The translations under genes were made by a program, and so were the position numbers. DNA of 34,126 bases from a virus (Duplodnaviria > Caudoviricetes), in the IMG/VR virus record IMGVR_UViG_3300037296_000407, positions 1 through 34,126 of that record; one strand, written 5' to 3'. Position 1 is the first letter of the stretch. Every line of letters begins with the position of its first letter. The notes beneath the pieces were generated by a model, which was not told where the DNA came from, did no database searches, and saw only the letters and a list, made by a program, of their open reading frames with translations. This document shows positions 9,592 through 18,280 of this stretch, piece after piece.

Positions 9592-9792
9592 CTACTCGCT
9601 TAACGATTGGCACGGTACACAACGCTGTACACCGGGTACTGCTTTGCGTCGTGCTTTTGGTATTGGGTCGCCGCAATCAATGCAATCCGTTGCACTGATA
9701 ACGCGGCTGTTGTTAATTCCTTTTAGGCGCTGATCGGTAAACCGTTTTTCAGCGCGTTCCTGTGCAATTACTAGGTGGTCTAGATCATCCAT
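9592..9792 (-). CDS. TraR/DksA C4 zinc-finger protein
   Basis: C..CG.PIP.ARR.A.PG...C..CQ. Confidence 0.92.
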   Translation of the reverse strand: MDDLDHLVIAQERAEKRFTDQRLKGINNSRVISATDCIDCGDPIPKARRKAVPGVQRCVPCQSLSE

Positions 9793-9804
9793 TTACTAAC
9801 TACC

Positions 9805-10254
9805 TTATTGCACTATGTTTTCAATTTCTTCGCTGCGCAGGTATGGCACACCGTTAATTTTCACAAAGTCTGGGTCGGTTACATCAAACGGAATTTTAAA
9901 CAGGCTGGCGCTGCCGCCTTTTTTGTCTATGTCTAAAATGTCGCTTAGCTTAATACGGCAACCAAAGGCCTCTACTTTCATTTCGTCTTGGCTGGTTTTG
10001 GCGTAAAACATAATGTCGAACGGTTCCATACCACGCCACGAACCGGCACTTTTTGCAGCATCCGATATAAGCGCAAAGTTACTTGCGTTAACCGATAGTT
10101 CGCCGCTGGCTGCTACGTCGCCATCTACAAAGCCGTCTGGTACGCCGCCTGTTTGGCTTACTGCGCTGTTGTCGGTAATGGCTAATGATGCTGTGTCAAC
10201 TTGGACCATAATGTCGCCCAAGTTCACGTTAAAATTCATTCCTGATAAACGCAT
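9805..10254 (-). CDS. Tail tube protein (DUF2597 family)
   Basis: ITDNSAV.QT.GVPDG.VDGDV and VT.PDFV.INGVPYL motifs; follows the sheath gene. Confidence 0.88.
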   Translation of the reverse strand: MRLSGMNFNVNLGDIMVQVDTASLAITDNSAVSQTGGVPDGFVDGDVAASGELSVNASNFALISDAAKSAGSWRGMEPFDIMFYAKTSQDEMKVEAFGCRIKLSDILDIDKKGGSASLFKIPFDVTDPDFVKINGVPYLRSEEIENIVQ

Positions 10255-10265
10255 GGTGAGTGCTC

Positions 10266-11372
10266 CTAGTTGCTGCTTAAATCAAACAAAATTTTTACGG
10301 TAATTTCTTTTGGGCTGTTGTACGGGCGCAGCACCATGTAAATAACCACGCTTTTATTGCTAGTCCATACAATTGTGATGTCGCCTTCAACCGGTGGCTT
10401 TATTTCACCAGGAAACTGCGTGCCTAAAATAGTGGTGCTTTTGCTCATGGCGCGTAGTGGGCGCATAAAATACGCTTTGTTTAGCTCAATGCTGTTTGGT
10501 GTTGAGTTAAGGGCGCGGTTGGCAATACGGCGAATAGCAAGTACACGCACTTCGCGGCTGGCTTTATGTGCTGGGCGTAAATGCTCAAGGTATTGGTAGT
10601 CGCCACCTGTTGCGTCTAGCGTTTGGGCGTCGCTCCAATAGGTGCCTTCAAAATCGCTGTACCACTGCGGCACACTCATGCGGTTATTGGCTAGTGTTTC
10701 TAATGTGGCTAATGATAGCGGGTCGCCTGTGCTATCAACCGGTGCTGCGCCTAGACCTAGTACACTGCCTGTTGCTACGCGCATTGGGCTGTCGGCAATA
10801 CTTACGCTGCGGTCGCATAATCGCCCTGCTAATACGCCTACGTTATTACCGTGTAATTGCGGTACGGGTACCACTAAATGCGCGGCAATATCGGCTTGCA
10901 ATGCAATGGTTGCGGCTTCATACGTTGACCATGTTTGTGTAGCTACATCAATACCTGGTACGGCAACCAATGCCGATACAAAACGGCCTAAGGTGGCTTG
11001 CAATGATGTTAGTTTGTCATGCAGGTCGGTTAGGCTGGCGCTGGTGTTTTGCTCGTTGCACACAACAATCATTTCAAAGCTTTGCACTTCGTTGGCGCGG
11101 TCAATTGCATCAACAATGGTCTCGGCTTCGGCAAGTGGGTAAGCCGCTGCAGTCCAGTTTTGGCCGCCGTTTAATTGCGCAGCAATAAGCTGATCGCGCA
11201 GTGGGCTGTCGGCAAATGTTTTTTGTAAATCGGTTTGCGCGCCAATGCTAAACAATTGGCTTTCTTCGTCTACTGAACCAGCACGGCCAACAAACAAGAA
11301 GTGTCTTTCAACACCTTGGATGTCGCCTTGCCCTAAATTCAGATTGTTAACTTGCACTTTACCTAGTGACAT
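10266..11372 (-). CDS. Tail sheath protein (DUF2586 family)
   Basis: VQVNNLN.GQG...VERHFLF.G and GVLAGRLC.R.V.IADSP.RV.TG motifs. Confidence 0.9.
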   Translation of the reverse strand: MSLGKVQVNNLNLGQGDIQGVERHFLFVGRAGSVDEESQLFSIGAQTDLQKTFADSPLRDQLIAAQLNGGQNWTAAAYPLAEAETIVDAIDRANEVQSFEMIVVCNEQNTSASLTDLHDKLTSLQATLGRFVSALVAVPGIDVATQTWSTYEAATIALQADIAAHLVVPVPQLHGNNVGVLAGRLCDRSVSIADSPMRVATGSVLGLGAAPVDSTGDPLSLATLETLANNRMSVPQWYSDFEGTYWSDAQTLDATGGDYQYLEHLRPAHKASREVRVLAIRRIANRALNSTPNSIELNKAYFMRPLRAMSKSTTILGTQFPGEIKPPVEGDITIVWTSNKSVVIYMVLRPYNSPKEITVKILFDLSSN

Positions 11373-11376
11373 TGGG

Positions 11377-12033
11377 TTATCCTCGTTTATTGAGTTGGTT
11401 TAAAATTTGTGCCAATTGCGCTTGCACGTTTTGCGGTGTGTCGCCTAAAAACGGGCGTGCTTTTACTGCTATTGGCCAGCTTTTACGGCTTTTTTGGCCG
11501 CGTAATTTACTTAAAACTAAGGTGGCTTTACCGTGGTTTAAGTTGGCTGTTATTTCTTTAATTGTGGCGCGGCGGTAGCCTTTGCCTTTTGCTCTGCGTA
11601 CTTTGTAACCTTCGGCCGATAGCGCTTTGGCTTGGCTGCGTGTACACGGTGCTTTGTAATTTGGTTTGCCATGAATACGTGCCATGCGGTTGGCGGTCAT
11701 TTGCTCGGTGCCACCTTCTTGGTGCAGTGCAGCTATTCGCCCAGTAAGTGCATTTTTATGCTTTAGCTCTAAGCGTTTACCCGCTTTTACGTAGGGCTCT
11801 AATGTTTTACCCATGCGCTTAAGCATTTTGGTTTTTTTGCCATCGGTGCGGCTTGCAAATTTATTGCCCTGCACAGTGGTTTGTGTTTTTAGCCTTTTGC
11901 GGGCTAGTTGGCGTTCATAACGCCCTAGTGTTTTAAGCAAGCGAACACGCTTAGCGTTTGGCAATGCCAATAGCTGCAACTGGTGTTTTGCGCTAAGCGC
12001 TTGGCTGCTGTTAGGGGTTATTACTAGGCTCAT
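11377..12033 (-). CDS. S: Virion morphogenesis / tail completion protein (gpS-like)
   Basis: Very basic; IAA.HQ.G and ARPFLG motifs. Confidence 0.85.
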   Translation of the reverse strand: MSLVITPNSSQALSAKHQLQLLALPNAKRVRLLKTLGRYERQLARKRLKTQTTVQGNKFASRTDGKKTKMLKRMGKTLEPYVKAGKRLELKHKNALTGRIAALHQEGGTEQMTANRMARIHGKPNYKAPCTRSQAKALSAEGYKVRRAKGKGYRRATIKEITANLNHGKATLVLSKLRGQKSRKSWPIAVKARPFLGDTPQNVQAQLAQILNQLNKRG

Positions 12034-12336
12034 TTAAAGTACCTTTACGCCAACGGTTATTTCGCTTTTGCCTTTGAATGTAATTTTTACACCAGGTGCG
12101 TTTTCGTCGGTGTCGGTTGTCCAGCCTGTATAGTAAATACCTTCGCCACCGTCGAACGAGCTTGTTGGGCCGTCGGTTTCGTGAACAAAAATAGGCACAC
12201 CCGCTTTGTTTTGAATGCGTAATGCAACACCTGGCGTTAACGGGTCGAACCCTGCTTGCTGGTTTAACAGTTCAAAAACATTGTTTTCAACGTTTGGCTG
12301 CAGTTTTATGTTTGGCCTATATTGCATGGTTAACAA
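12034..12336 (-). CDS. Hypothetical protein (100 aa, beta-rich); the start may be ATG at 12327
   Basis: ORF abutting the gpS start; no family recognised. Confidence 0.6.
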   Translation of the reverse strand: MLTMQYRPNIKLQPNVENNVFELLNQQAGFDPLTPGVALRIQNKAGVPIFVHETDGPTSSFDGGEGIYYTGWTTDTDENAPGVKITFKGKSEITVGVKVL

Positions 12337-12359
12337 TCCTATATTTAATAATTTTTAAA

Positions 12360-13589
12360 CTAAGCCCACAGCCAAGTGCCATCTTCTTGGCCTTGCTGTG
12401 TTTGCCCTGCAGTTGGTAAGTTACCGCTGTGATCAATATCTGTATTAGGTATAAAAGGCAGTGAAAGTAAATTGCCATTATTTAATTCGCGTTGACTAAT
12501 GTATTTAGTTTCATTCACTAAATATTCAATTGCAGGGGTTTTGTTAGTTGCATCCCAAGTAGCGCCATCAGTGGCAAAATTGTATGCAAACTTTTCAGCC
12601 CCTAAAGGCGCTTTAACTGATCTAAATTCACCGCCTGCACCATCATGGTACGACGCATAACCAGTAGATATAATTAAGTTATCTTTGTCGGCAAAGTAGT
12701 AGCTTGAGTTATCACCGCCAGTGTCTAGCTTGATAATGAAGTTAGGTTCAACATCAATTAATGTTGTACTGCGGTGCTCGCTATTATCGGTTTTGAATCT
12801 AAGCACGTCGCCACCTCCTCTGTACCAACTGCCATTTTGTACAGTAAATCCTAATGCTGAGCTTGGCGTTTTAATTGGCGTATCTGTAATACTCATAAAA
12901 CACTTACATTCAGTAGGTAGCACAGAACTAAAAACATAATTAACAAGCCTACGTAACCCATTAAAATTGGGGTGTGTAAAATCTAAGTAATAATCATCAT
13001 TTTTATGCACTTCTGTAGTTGCTTTTTTACCGCTTACATATACTGAATTTTCGAATTCAATAGGTAATGTTTTATACATAGCATCTAACAATGAGTTAGC
13101 CGGCGTGCCAGTTTCATTTGGCGATACGAATATAATTAGTGCGTCTGGCTTTGCTACTAAATATTTATTTAAACCCGCTATAATAAATGCCTTTACTTCA
13201 TTTACTGTTCTAGCACCTTGGTTTATACCTAGTGACATTTCTAAAATTGTCGTAGCACCGGTATCACTAGTTGCATCTATAGCCTCTTGCACTGTTGAAT
13301 TGCCATTATCTTGTGACCAGTTCATGGCACTTTGGCCACCGCTAGAATTCATAAATAAATCAAAGTTTATTTTTTCAAGTTGTGGTGCGTAATACTCACT
13401 AGAATCAAGCTCTCCACTTTTGCGGGTGCTATCGCCTGTAACTATGTACGTGTAAGGTGCTTCTGATTTTAAAGCGCTTAAAAATCGTTGCTGCAATGCT
13501 GAATGCCCTAGATCAATAAGTGCGTCTATCGCATCAACCATTTTCCCGGGAGTTACACCAACACGCCCTAGCTTTTTTAGTTCGTCCAC
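12360..13589 (-). CDS. SGNH/GDSL hydrolase-domain protein with a C-terminal beta-rich domain
   Basis: GDST block I, G-I-N block III, D-F-T-H-P-N block V; GTG start after a GAGGTG RBS; AT-richer than its neighbours. Confidence 0.8.
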   Translation of the reverse strand: MDELKKLGRVGVTPGKMVDAIDALIDLGHSALQQRFLSALKSEAPYTYIVTGDSTRKSGELDSSEYYAPQLEKINFDLFMNSSGGQSAMNWSQDNGNSTVQEAIDATSDTGATTILEMSLGINQGARTVNEVKAFIIAGLNKYLVAKPDALIIFVSPNETGTPANSLLDAMYKTLPIEFENSVYVSGKKATTEVHKNDDYYLDFTHPNFNGLRRLVNYVFSSVLPTECKCFMSITDTPIKTPSSALGFTVQNGSWYRGGGDVLRFKTDNSEHRSTTLIDVEPNFIIKLDTGGDNSSYYFADKDNLIISTGYASYHDGAGGEFRSVKAPLGAEKFAYNFATDGATWDATNKTPAIEYLVNETKYISQRELNNGNLLSLPFIPNTDIDHSGNLPTAGQTQQGQEDGTWLWA

Positions 13590-13741
13590 TTAATCACCTC
13601 ATTGAAATCTGTAATTACTACGCTTAGGTTTACTACACCCGTTGCAGCGCTATACCAGTAACTAGTCGGTGCGGGGAGTCGCTTATTGTTCTTATTTGCA
13701 AACCCTGCTTGCGCTAAAATTGGTGAATATAAACCGCTCAT
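13577..13741 (-). CDS. Small hypothetical protein (54 aa), not in the ORF track
   Basis: ATG overlaps the gpR stop (ATGA); MSGLYSPILAQAGFANKNNKRLPAPTSYWYSAATGVVNLSVVITDFNEVIKWTN*; its end overlaps the SGNH start. Confidence 0.6.
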   Translation of the reverse strand: MSGLYSPILAQAGFANKNNKRLPAPTSYWYSAATGVVNLSVVITDFNEVIKWTN

Positions 13742-14220
13742 GATTCACCTTTAATATTTAGGTCAACATCTTCGGCCACGCTAATTGGCGCTAGCGATAC
13801 GTAATAACGGGCGCCGTTAAATAAAACAGGGCCGTTGTCGGCGGGTATTAGCTCTATGTCGTCAATTAGTTGCACGTCAATTAATACGGTGGCGTTGTCT
13901 TTGCTTACTACGTCTATGTCTATTTCGGGGTCGTCTAGGCCGTATTCGTCACGTGGCCATTCGCTGTCGATTAAAAAGGCGCCCACCATTGCAAGTAAGT
14001 TGTAAGGATTTACTTTGCGGTGCGGGAATTTTTCTATTGCGATTACGGCGGTGTGTTTCCATTTAGCAACGGCGTAACCTTGTTGGCCTTTGTCTTCGCC
14101 GCTTATAATTAGTGTGCCGCGTTCTTGCCAGGCATCTATGTTATTAGTGTGAATAGCGCCTTTTAAACTGGTGTTTAAAAAGTCGGTTAGTTGCTGCAAT
14201 TGGGTAATTGTTTGGCTCAT
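13738..14220 (-). CDS. R: Tail completion protein (gpR-like)
   Basis: Follows gpL; acidic; L..L..FL, I.AWQE.G and EKFP motifs. Confidence 0.75.
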   Translation of the reverse strand: MSQTITQLQQLTDFLNTSLKGAIHTNNIDAWQERGTLIISGEDKGQQGYAVAKWKHTAVIAIEKFPHRKVNPYNLLAMVGAFLIDSEWPRDEYGLDDPEIDIDVVSKDNATVLIDVQLIDDIELIPADNGPVLFNGARYYVSLAPISVAEDVDLNIKGES

Positions 14221-14666
14221 AGCGTGTGCACTCCTGCGCGGCCAAGGCCAAGCAGTAAACGAATGCTGCGGTTTGATTGCGCTAATATTGCATCTTGCTG
14301 ATCAACGCTATCGGCCTTGTTGTTGCCTGCGTCTTTTTGGTCAACCGATGAAAAGTAGCCCATTAAATCTGAATGCGAACGGGCGTACACAGCGCCACGG
14401 TAAACGCTTTGCTGTGCGGTGCTAAAATTAGGCACGCCGTTTGTTAGGGTGAAAGCAACGTCCGTGTTGTCTTTCATAATGTATTTAAGTATTTGCTGTT
14501 GTACTTCTAGGGCGCTGCGGTTTAATGAGTCGGCAATAACAGACTCTTCGTAAAACTCAGGTATGCGGCGATGATCGCGAAACTCGCCAGTGCTTAGCGC
14601 TGGCCAGCCGCTTTGAGCATCTATTTCAATGCTGTTTTGTGCTGTTGCTTCAAATCCAAATGACAT
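14217..14666 (-). CDS. L: Head completion/stabilisation protein gpL
   Basis: GWP.L....F...RRIP and Y..AVYAR motifs. Confidence 0.88.
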   Translation of the reverse strand: MSFGFEATAQNSIEIDAQSGWPALSTGEFRDHRRIPEFYEESVIADSLNRSALEVQQQILKYIMKDNTDVAFTLTNGVPNFSTAQQSVYRGAVYARSHSDLMGYFSSVDQKDAGNNKADSVDQQDAILAQSNRSIRLLLGLGRAGVHTL

Positions 14667-14789
14667 ACCGCATACCTTAATGCTTACGTTTAAATAAATT
14701 AGGTTCAGTGCAGTTAGCGTCGACGCGGTTATTAACGGTCGCCCGTTAAACGCTCGGCTAGTGCACTGGAGGGTTGGGAGTAATGGCTA

Positions 14790-15518
14790 TTACTGAGCAT
14801 TTAGCTCGGCAATGGCTCTTAATCTCATCGCTATTTTGTTTCGTACTGTTTTAACTTGTGCGTGTTTATGTAGCTCTGCGGCTTTGGCTAAGTAGCCATC
14901 TGCTTGTTGGAGGCGCTGAACGTCGCCCACATGCGATGGCGAAACATCGCCGTTTTTGCTGCGCAGTAACGCAAGGCCTGCAAACTTGTAGTACTTAGCT
15001 GTAACTTGCTCAGGTAATTTCCATGTGTTTGCAACGCACTTAAACACTTGGCCAAAATACGGCTCAATGCTGTTGCCTTTTTCTGCTTGGGTGTCTGCCC
15101 AATCAAAAACAGTGTCAGCAATAAAACCAGGCCACTTGCGGCGTATGCTGTTAGCCATGGGCTGATTGAGTTCAATGGCTCTAAAGCCGAACTCAATACC
15201 ACGTCTGAGATTGCCAACGTCAAACAGCCACACAGTGCAATACGCGAAAATCGGGTTATCTTCATTTTGCTTTCCTTCTTTTGCTAAATAGTCATCAACT
15301 ATGGGCAACCACTTTGGCAATAACACATCACGTTTGTGGGCTATTTTGTCGGCGCGGGTTACATAGCTTTTTAAGCGTTTTAAGTCGTCTTCTAATTCAA
15401 TGAGCTGTAAGTGCAGGCTTGGGGCGTATTGCCCTGATCCTGTTACGCTTACTTTTTCGAGCTGTTTTTTGGCTCGGTTTTTTTCTTTGAATTGGAGGAG
15501 CTTTGCGCCGCCGACGGC
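14790..15518 (-). CDS. M: Terminase endonuclease (small) subunit gpM; the frame has no start codon upstream of its conserved N-terminus and is probably reached by a -1 frameshift
   Basis: Frame open from TGA at 15531-15533; contains SLHLQLIELEDDLKRLKS...DKIAHKRDVLLPKW, WLFDVG and AK.YKFAGL; the first GTG is only at 15326. Confidence 0.85.
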   Translation of the reverse strand, partial: AVGGAKLLQFKEKNRAKKQLEKVSVTGSGQYAPSLHLQLIELEDDLKRLKSYVTRADKIAHKRDVLLPKWLPIVDDYLAKEGKQNEDNPIFAYCTVWLFDVGNLRRGIEFGFRAIELNQPMANSIRRKWPGFIADTVFDWADTQAEKGNSIEPYFGQVFKCVANTWKLPEQVTAKYYKFAGLALLRSKNGDVSPSHVGDVQRLQQADGYLAKAAELHKHAQVKTVRNKIAMRLRAIAELNAQ

Positions 15519-16003
15519 TTTTTTAGCTCTTCAACCGTATCGGCCAAGGCGCTATTAGCGGCGTTAATGTCGTCGGCTTGGTAAGCTAGGTCGCTGGCTG
15601 CATCGCTTGCTTTATCTGCGGCACTTTCAATTTCACCTGCAGCATTGCTTGCGCTGTCTATGCTTTGGTTTAGATCGTCGGTTGCATCTTCAACATTTGA
15701 AACATCAACGCTTTCAATGTTGCCTTTGTCATCAAGGGTGACGTCTGCAACAGTGGTTTTGTCTTCGCCTTCAGCGGCAGGATCAAAACTCATGGTTACA
15801 TTAAAAAAATGAATGTTTTGGTCAACGTACTCTTGCGCTAGTTCAATGGCGTTTGATTCGTCGCAGCCTATCAACTGCGCGAGTAATTTAAGCGCGGTGT
15901 TTTGTGGGGTAATGGTGATTTGCGCATTACCCGTTGTAGCTTTGGTTTCGCCCGCGCTACCTTTAGCTAGGCGGCGTTTTCTAAAATTAGCAATGGCACT
16001 CAT
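15449..16003 (-). CDS. Acidic coiled-coil-like protein, probably the N-terminal part of a frameshifted gpM fusion
   Basis: 184 aa with an AAGG RBS; basic N-terminus and D/S/A-rich heptads; overlaps the gpM frame at CTA AAA AAG. Confidence 0.75.
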   Translation of the reverse strand: MSAIANFRKRRLAKGSAGETKATTGNAQITITPQNTALKLLAQLIGCDESNAIELAQEYVDQNIHFFNVTMSFDPAAEGEDKTTVADVTLDDKGNIESVDVSNVEDATDDLNQSIDSASNAAGEIESAADKASDAASDLAYQADDINAANSALADTVEELKKPSAAQSSSNSKKKTEPKNSSKK

Positions 16004-16030
16004 GGCATTTACCTTTTAATAAATGGGTTA

Positions 16031-16056
16031 ATTGCTAGGCGGTTAGGCCTAGCAAT
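16031..16056. terminator. Stem-loop after the capsid gene (attenuator or mRNA stabiliser)
   Basis: ATTGCTAGGC-ggttag-GCCTAGCAAT, perfect 10 bp stem; no strong U-tract. Confidence 0.55.
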
Positions 16057-16073
16057 GCGTTTACCAATCGCGC

Positions 16074-17102
16074 TTAAGCGTCTGGTGCTGCGCCAATGTT
16101 CATGGCGCTTTCGTCAACTGCGGCATACGCTTCAAACTCTTCAATTGCGTAGCCTTCGTTACGCCAGTATGAGTTTTCGTATTGCTTGCGGTCTTCTTCG
16201 TCTTTTGCTTTGCGGTGCGCGGTGCCTTTTTGCGTATAAATATGCAAGTTGCTTAAAATGGTTACTGCAATGCGTTTACCTGGGAAGAACGGTGGCGTGT
16301 ATGCGCGCATACCACCAATGTTTTTATCCATTTGCTGTGCGGCTACTTTTTCGCTTGGCTTGTCGGCTTGGTTCATCATGTGCGTTTGTGCAGTGGCCGT
16401 AAGGTCACTACCAACCAGTACAACTAGGCGCGGGTCGTTACGTAATGATGGGTGAATAAACGTATTTTTAAGCTCGGTAACAATGGCGTCTAGTGTTTTG
16501 TATTCGCCATCTTTAAGGGCTTGGGTTGCATCTGGGTTAAAGTAAATTGGGTCTGTCATGATTTGATCAGGGGCTTTTTCTTTAACGATTTGATGCCAGC
16601 CTTTGTTTACGTCTTCGCCATTTGGGTTAGCAATTGGGTCTGATGTTGCGGCAGCTGATACACCATTAAAGCCAACGCGCAGCATGTCGAGTGCAAAACG
16701 CAGTGTGCTATTTTGGTTAATGAGTTTCATGAACTCGTTTAAGTTACCGGCATTAGCCCATGTAGATAGCAACGCCCATGTTGTTGCTGAGCACGAATCG
16801 GTTTCGGTCAGTTCATAGGTATTGCCATCAACGCCTTGTTCTGATGTAAAACGACCACCCGCTTTACGGCCTGTTGCAATACCGTAGTTACCTACTTTTA
16901 CAACTTGGCCTTTAATTTGGTCTACTTGCATGGTGGTGATCATGCGCAGGAATTCGACCGACTCTAAAAGCGCGGCGCGCAGTTTTGTTTCCATTGGGTC
17001 TGAAATGGCAAATTTATGTGATGCGTCTCCCACACCAAATGTTTTTGCTAGTTGCGTTGAGTATGTTTTTATAAACCCAGCGGCTGTTTGATTTAAGTGC
17101 AT
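16074..17102 (-). CDS. N: Major capsid protein, P2 family
   Basis: F.I..P.ET.L, ALDMLRVGFNG.S.A, DVNKGW and L.NLHIYTQ.GT motifs. Confidence 0.96.
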   Translation of the reverse strand: MHLNQTAAGFIKTYSTQLAKTFGVGDASHKFAISDPMETKLRAALLESVEFLRMITTMQVDQIKGQVVKVGNYGIATGRKAGGRFTSEQGVDGNTYELTETDSCSATTWALLSTWANAGNLNEFMKLINQNSTLRFALDMLRVGFNGVSAAATSDPIANPNGEDVNKGWHQIVKEKAPDQIMTDPIYFNPDATQALKDGEYKTLDAIVTELKNTFIHPSLRNDPRLVVLVGSDLTATAQTHMMNQADKPSEKVAAQQMDKNIGGMRAYTPPFFPGKRIAVTILSNLHIYTQKGTAHRKAKDEEDRKQYENSYWRNEGYAIEEFEAYAAVDESAMNIGAAPDA

Positions 17103-17148
17103 GCGTTATCTCGCTCTGTTATGCATTAGTAAAAAGTAAACGTGGTTT

Positions 17149-18087
17149 TTAAGTCAGGCTTACGGTTTCGCCGCCTACTGGGTCTGGCTCTTGGCCGTTT
17201 TGCTCTTGGCTAAGGGCGTTAAATTTGGTTTCGATGCCGTCTACCTTTTTGCCAAAGCCGTCCATTTTGTCCATTAGCTGGCTAAATTGCTCAGCGGTTA
17301 CGCCTGTTGCTGGCTTATCACCTTCTGGCTCTACGACTGGCGATTTTTCTTCGCCTTTTGACGGGGCTTCTTCGCCTTTTTGCTTGCTGAATTTAGTTTC
17401 AAGGTCAGTCACCTTGGCTTCAATTCCTTCAAACTTGCCCATTAGGGCATCAAACTGTTCTTGTTTCATGGTGTCTTCCTCGGTGATGGTGATTTTATCT
17501 TGCTGATCGGCTGGTTTTTGCTTACCTGAAAACAGGTTGAAAAATTGCGAAAGTATTTTTAAGCCTTGCGCTTGCTCATCGGCTGTGATGTTTAGCTTTG
17601 GTTCGCTATTGGTGGTAATAAAGTCACTGTGTTGTAGCGCTTCAAGTTGGCTATATTCGTGATTTACTTCGTTATCACCAATAGAGAATTTTAGGCGGCT
17701 GGTGCCTGAACTGGCTGGCGAGTCGGTAACGGCAAGGCCTTGCAGGTAGCAACGGCCTTCGCTTTTGTAGTCGGGGTTTGGCTCAATCGACATAAACAGC
17801 TTTTGGCCGTCTTTGTTGGCAGCTAGTAGGTAGTCGTTAGCGGTAATTTTTACAAACAGGCGCAATTTGCCATCTTTTTTAGCGGCTTTTACTTCGTCAA
17901 CTTGGCCCCAGTTTTTGCCCTCGGTTGGGCCCCAGCTTGAACGAAAATGCTCAGGCCAAATAAGTGCTGTGTATTCGTCAACCGAATACGATGCGGCCAT
18001 GTCGTTAATCCATTCTTTTGAAATAATGCGACCGTCTACCGTTGCGCCTTCTGTTGCTGCAATTACCCAACCTGATTGCTTTGCCAT
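17149..18087 (-). CDS. O: Capsid scaffolding protein/protease gpO
   Basis: ATEGATVDGR.I, IW.EH and YL.GLAVTDSPAS.GT..LKFS motifs. Confidence 0.95.
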   Translation of the reverse strand: MAKQSGWVIAATEGATVDGRIISKEWINDMAASYSVDEYTALIWPEHFRSSWGPTEGKNWGQVDEVKAAKKDGKLRLFVKITANDYLLAANKDGQKLFMSIEPNPDYKSEGRCYLQGLAVTDSPASSGTSRLKFSIGDNEVNHEYSQLEALQHSDFITTNSEPKLNITADEQAQGLKILSQFFNLFSGKQKPADQQDKITITEEDTMKQEQFDALMGKFEGIEAKVTDLETKFSKQKGEEAPSKGEEKSPVVEPEGDKPATGVTAEQFSQLMDKMDGFGKKVDGIETKFNALSQEQNGQEPDPVGGETVSLT

Positions 18088-18121
18088 TACTTGCTTACCG
18101 CGTTACTTAATATTTAAACGC

Positions 18122-18240
18122 AGCATAGCCATAAAAAAAGGGCTGTTCACCTAGTTAGCTTTTTGCAAATTCCTATATTGGGGTTTTAGGAAACGTGAGG
18201 ATTTTTAAGCGGTTATAAGCTTGTTGTAAATGAATACACT
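18122..18240. promoter_or_regulatory. Divergent late promoter region with a central inverted repeat
   Basis: TTCCTA-N11-TAGGAA at 18170-18192, roughly equidistant from -10-like TATGCT (minus, 18122-18127) and TACACT (plus, 18235-18240). Confidence 0.5.
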
Positions 18241-18280
18241 GTACGCAGTTATCATTTTTATGAGCATATTGTAATACTAA

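Noticed and set aside
14790-15326. gpM as a 178 aa protein or a pseudogene
   Set aside because: The conserved N-terminal region continues in frame upstream and a canonical slippery site is present; an indel is not fully excluded
53-17506. Many plus-strand ORFs opposite structural genes (e.g. 53-538, 6796-7443, 10642-11142)
   Set aside because: Antisense shadows of well-supported minus-strand genes; no RBS or family motifs
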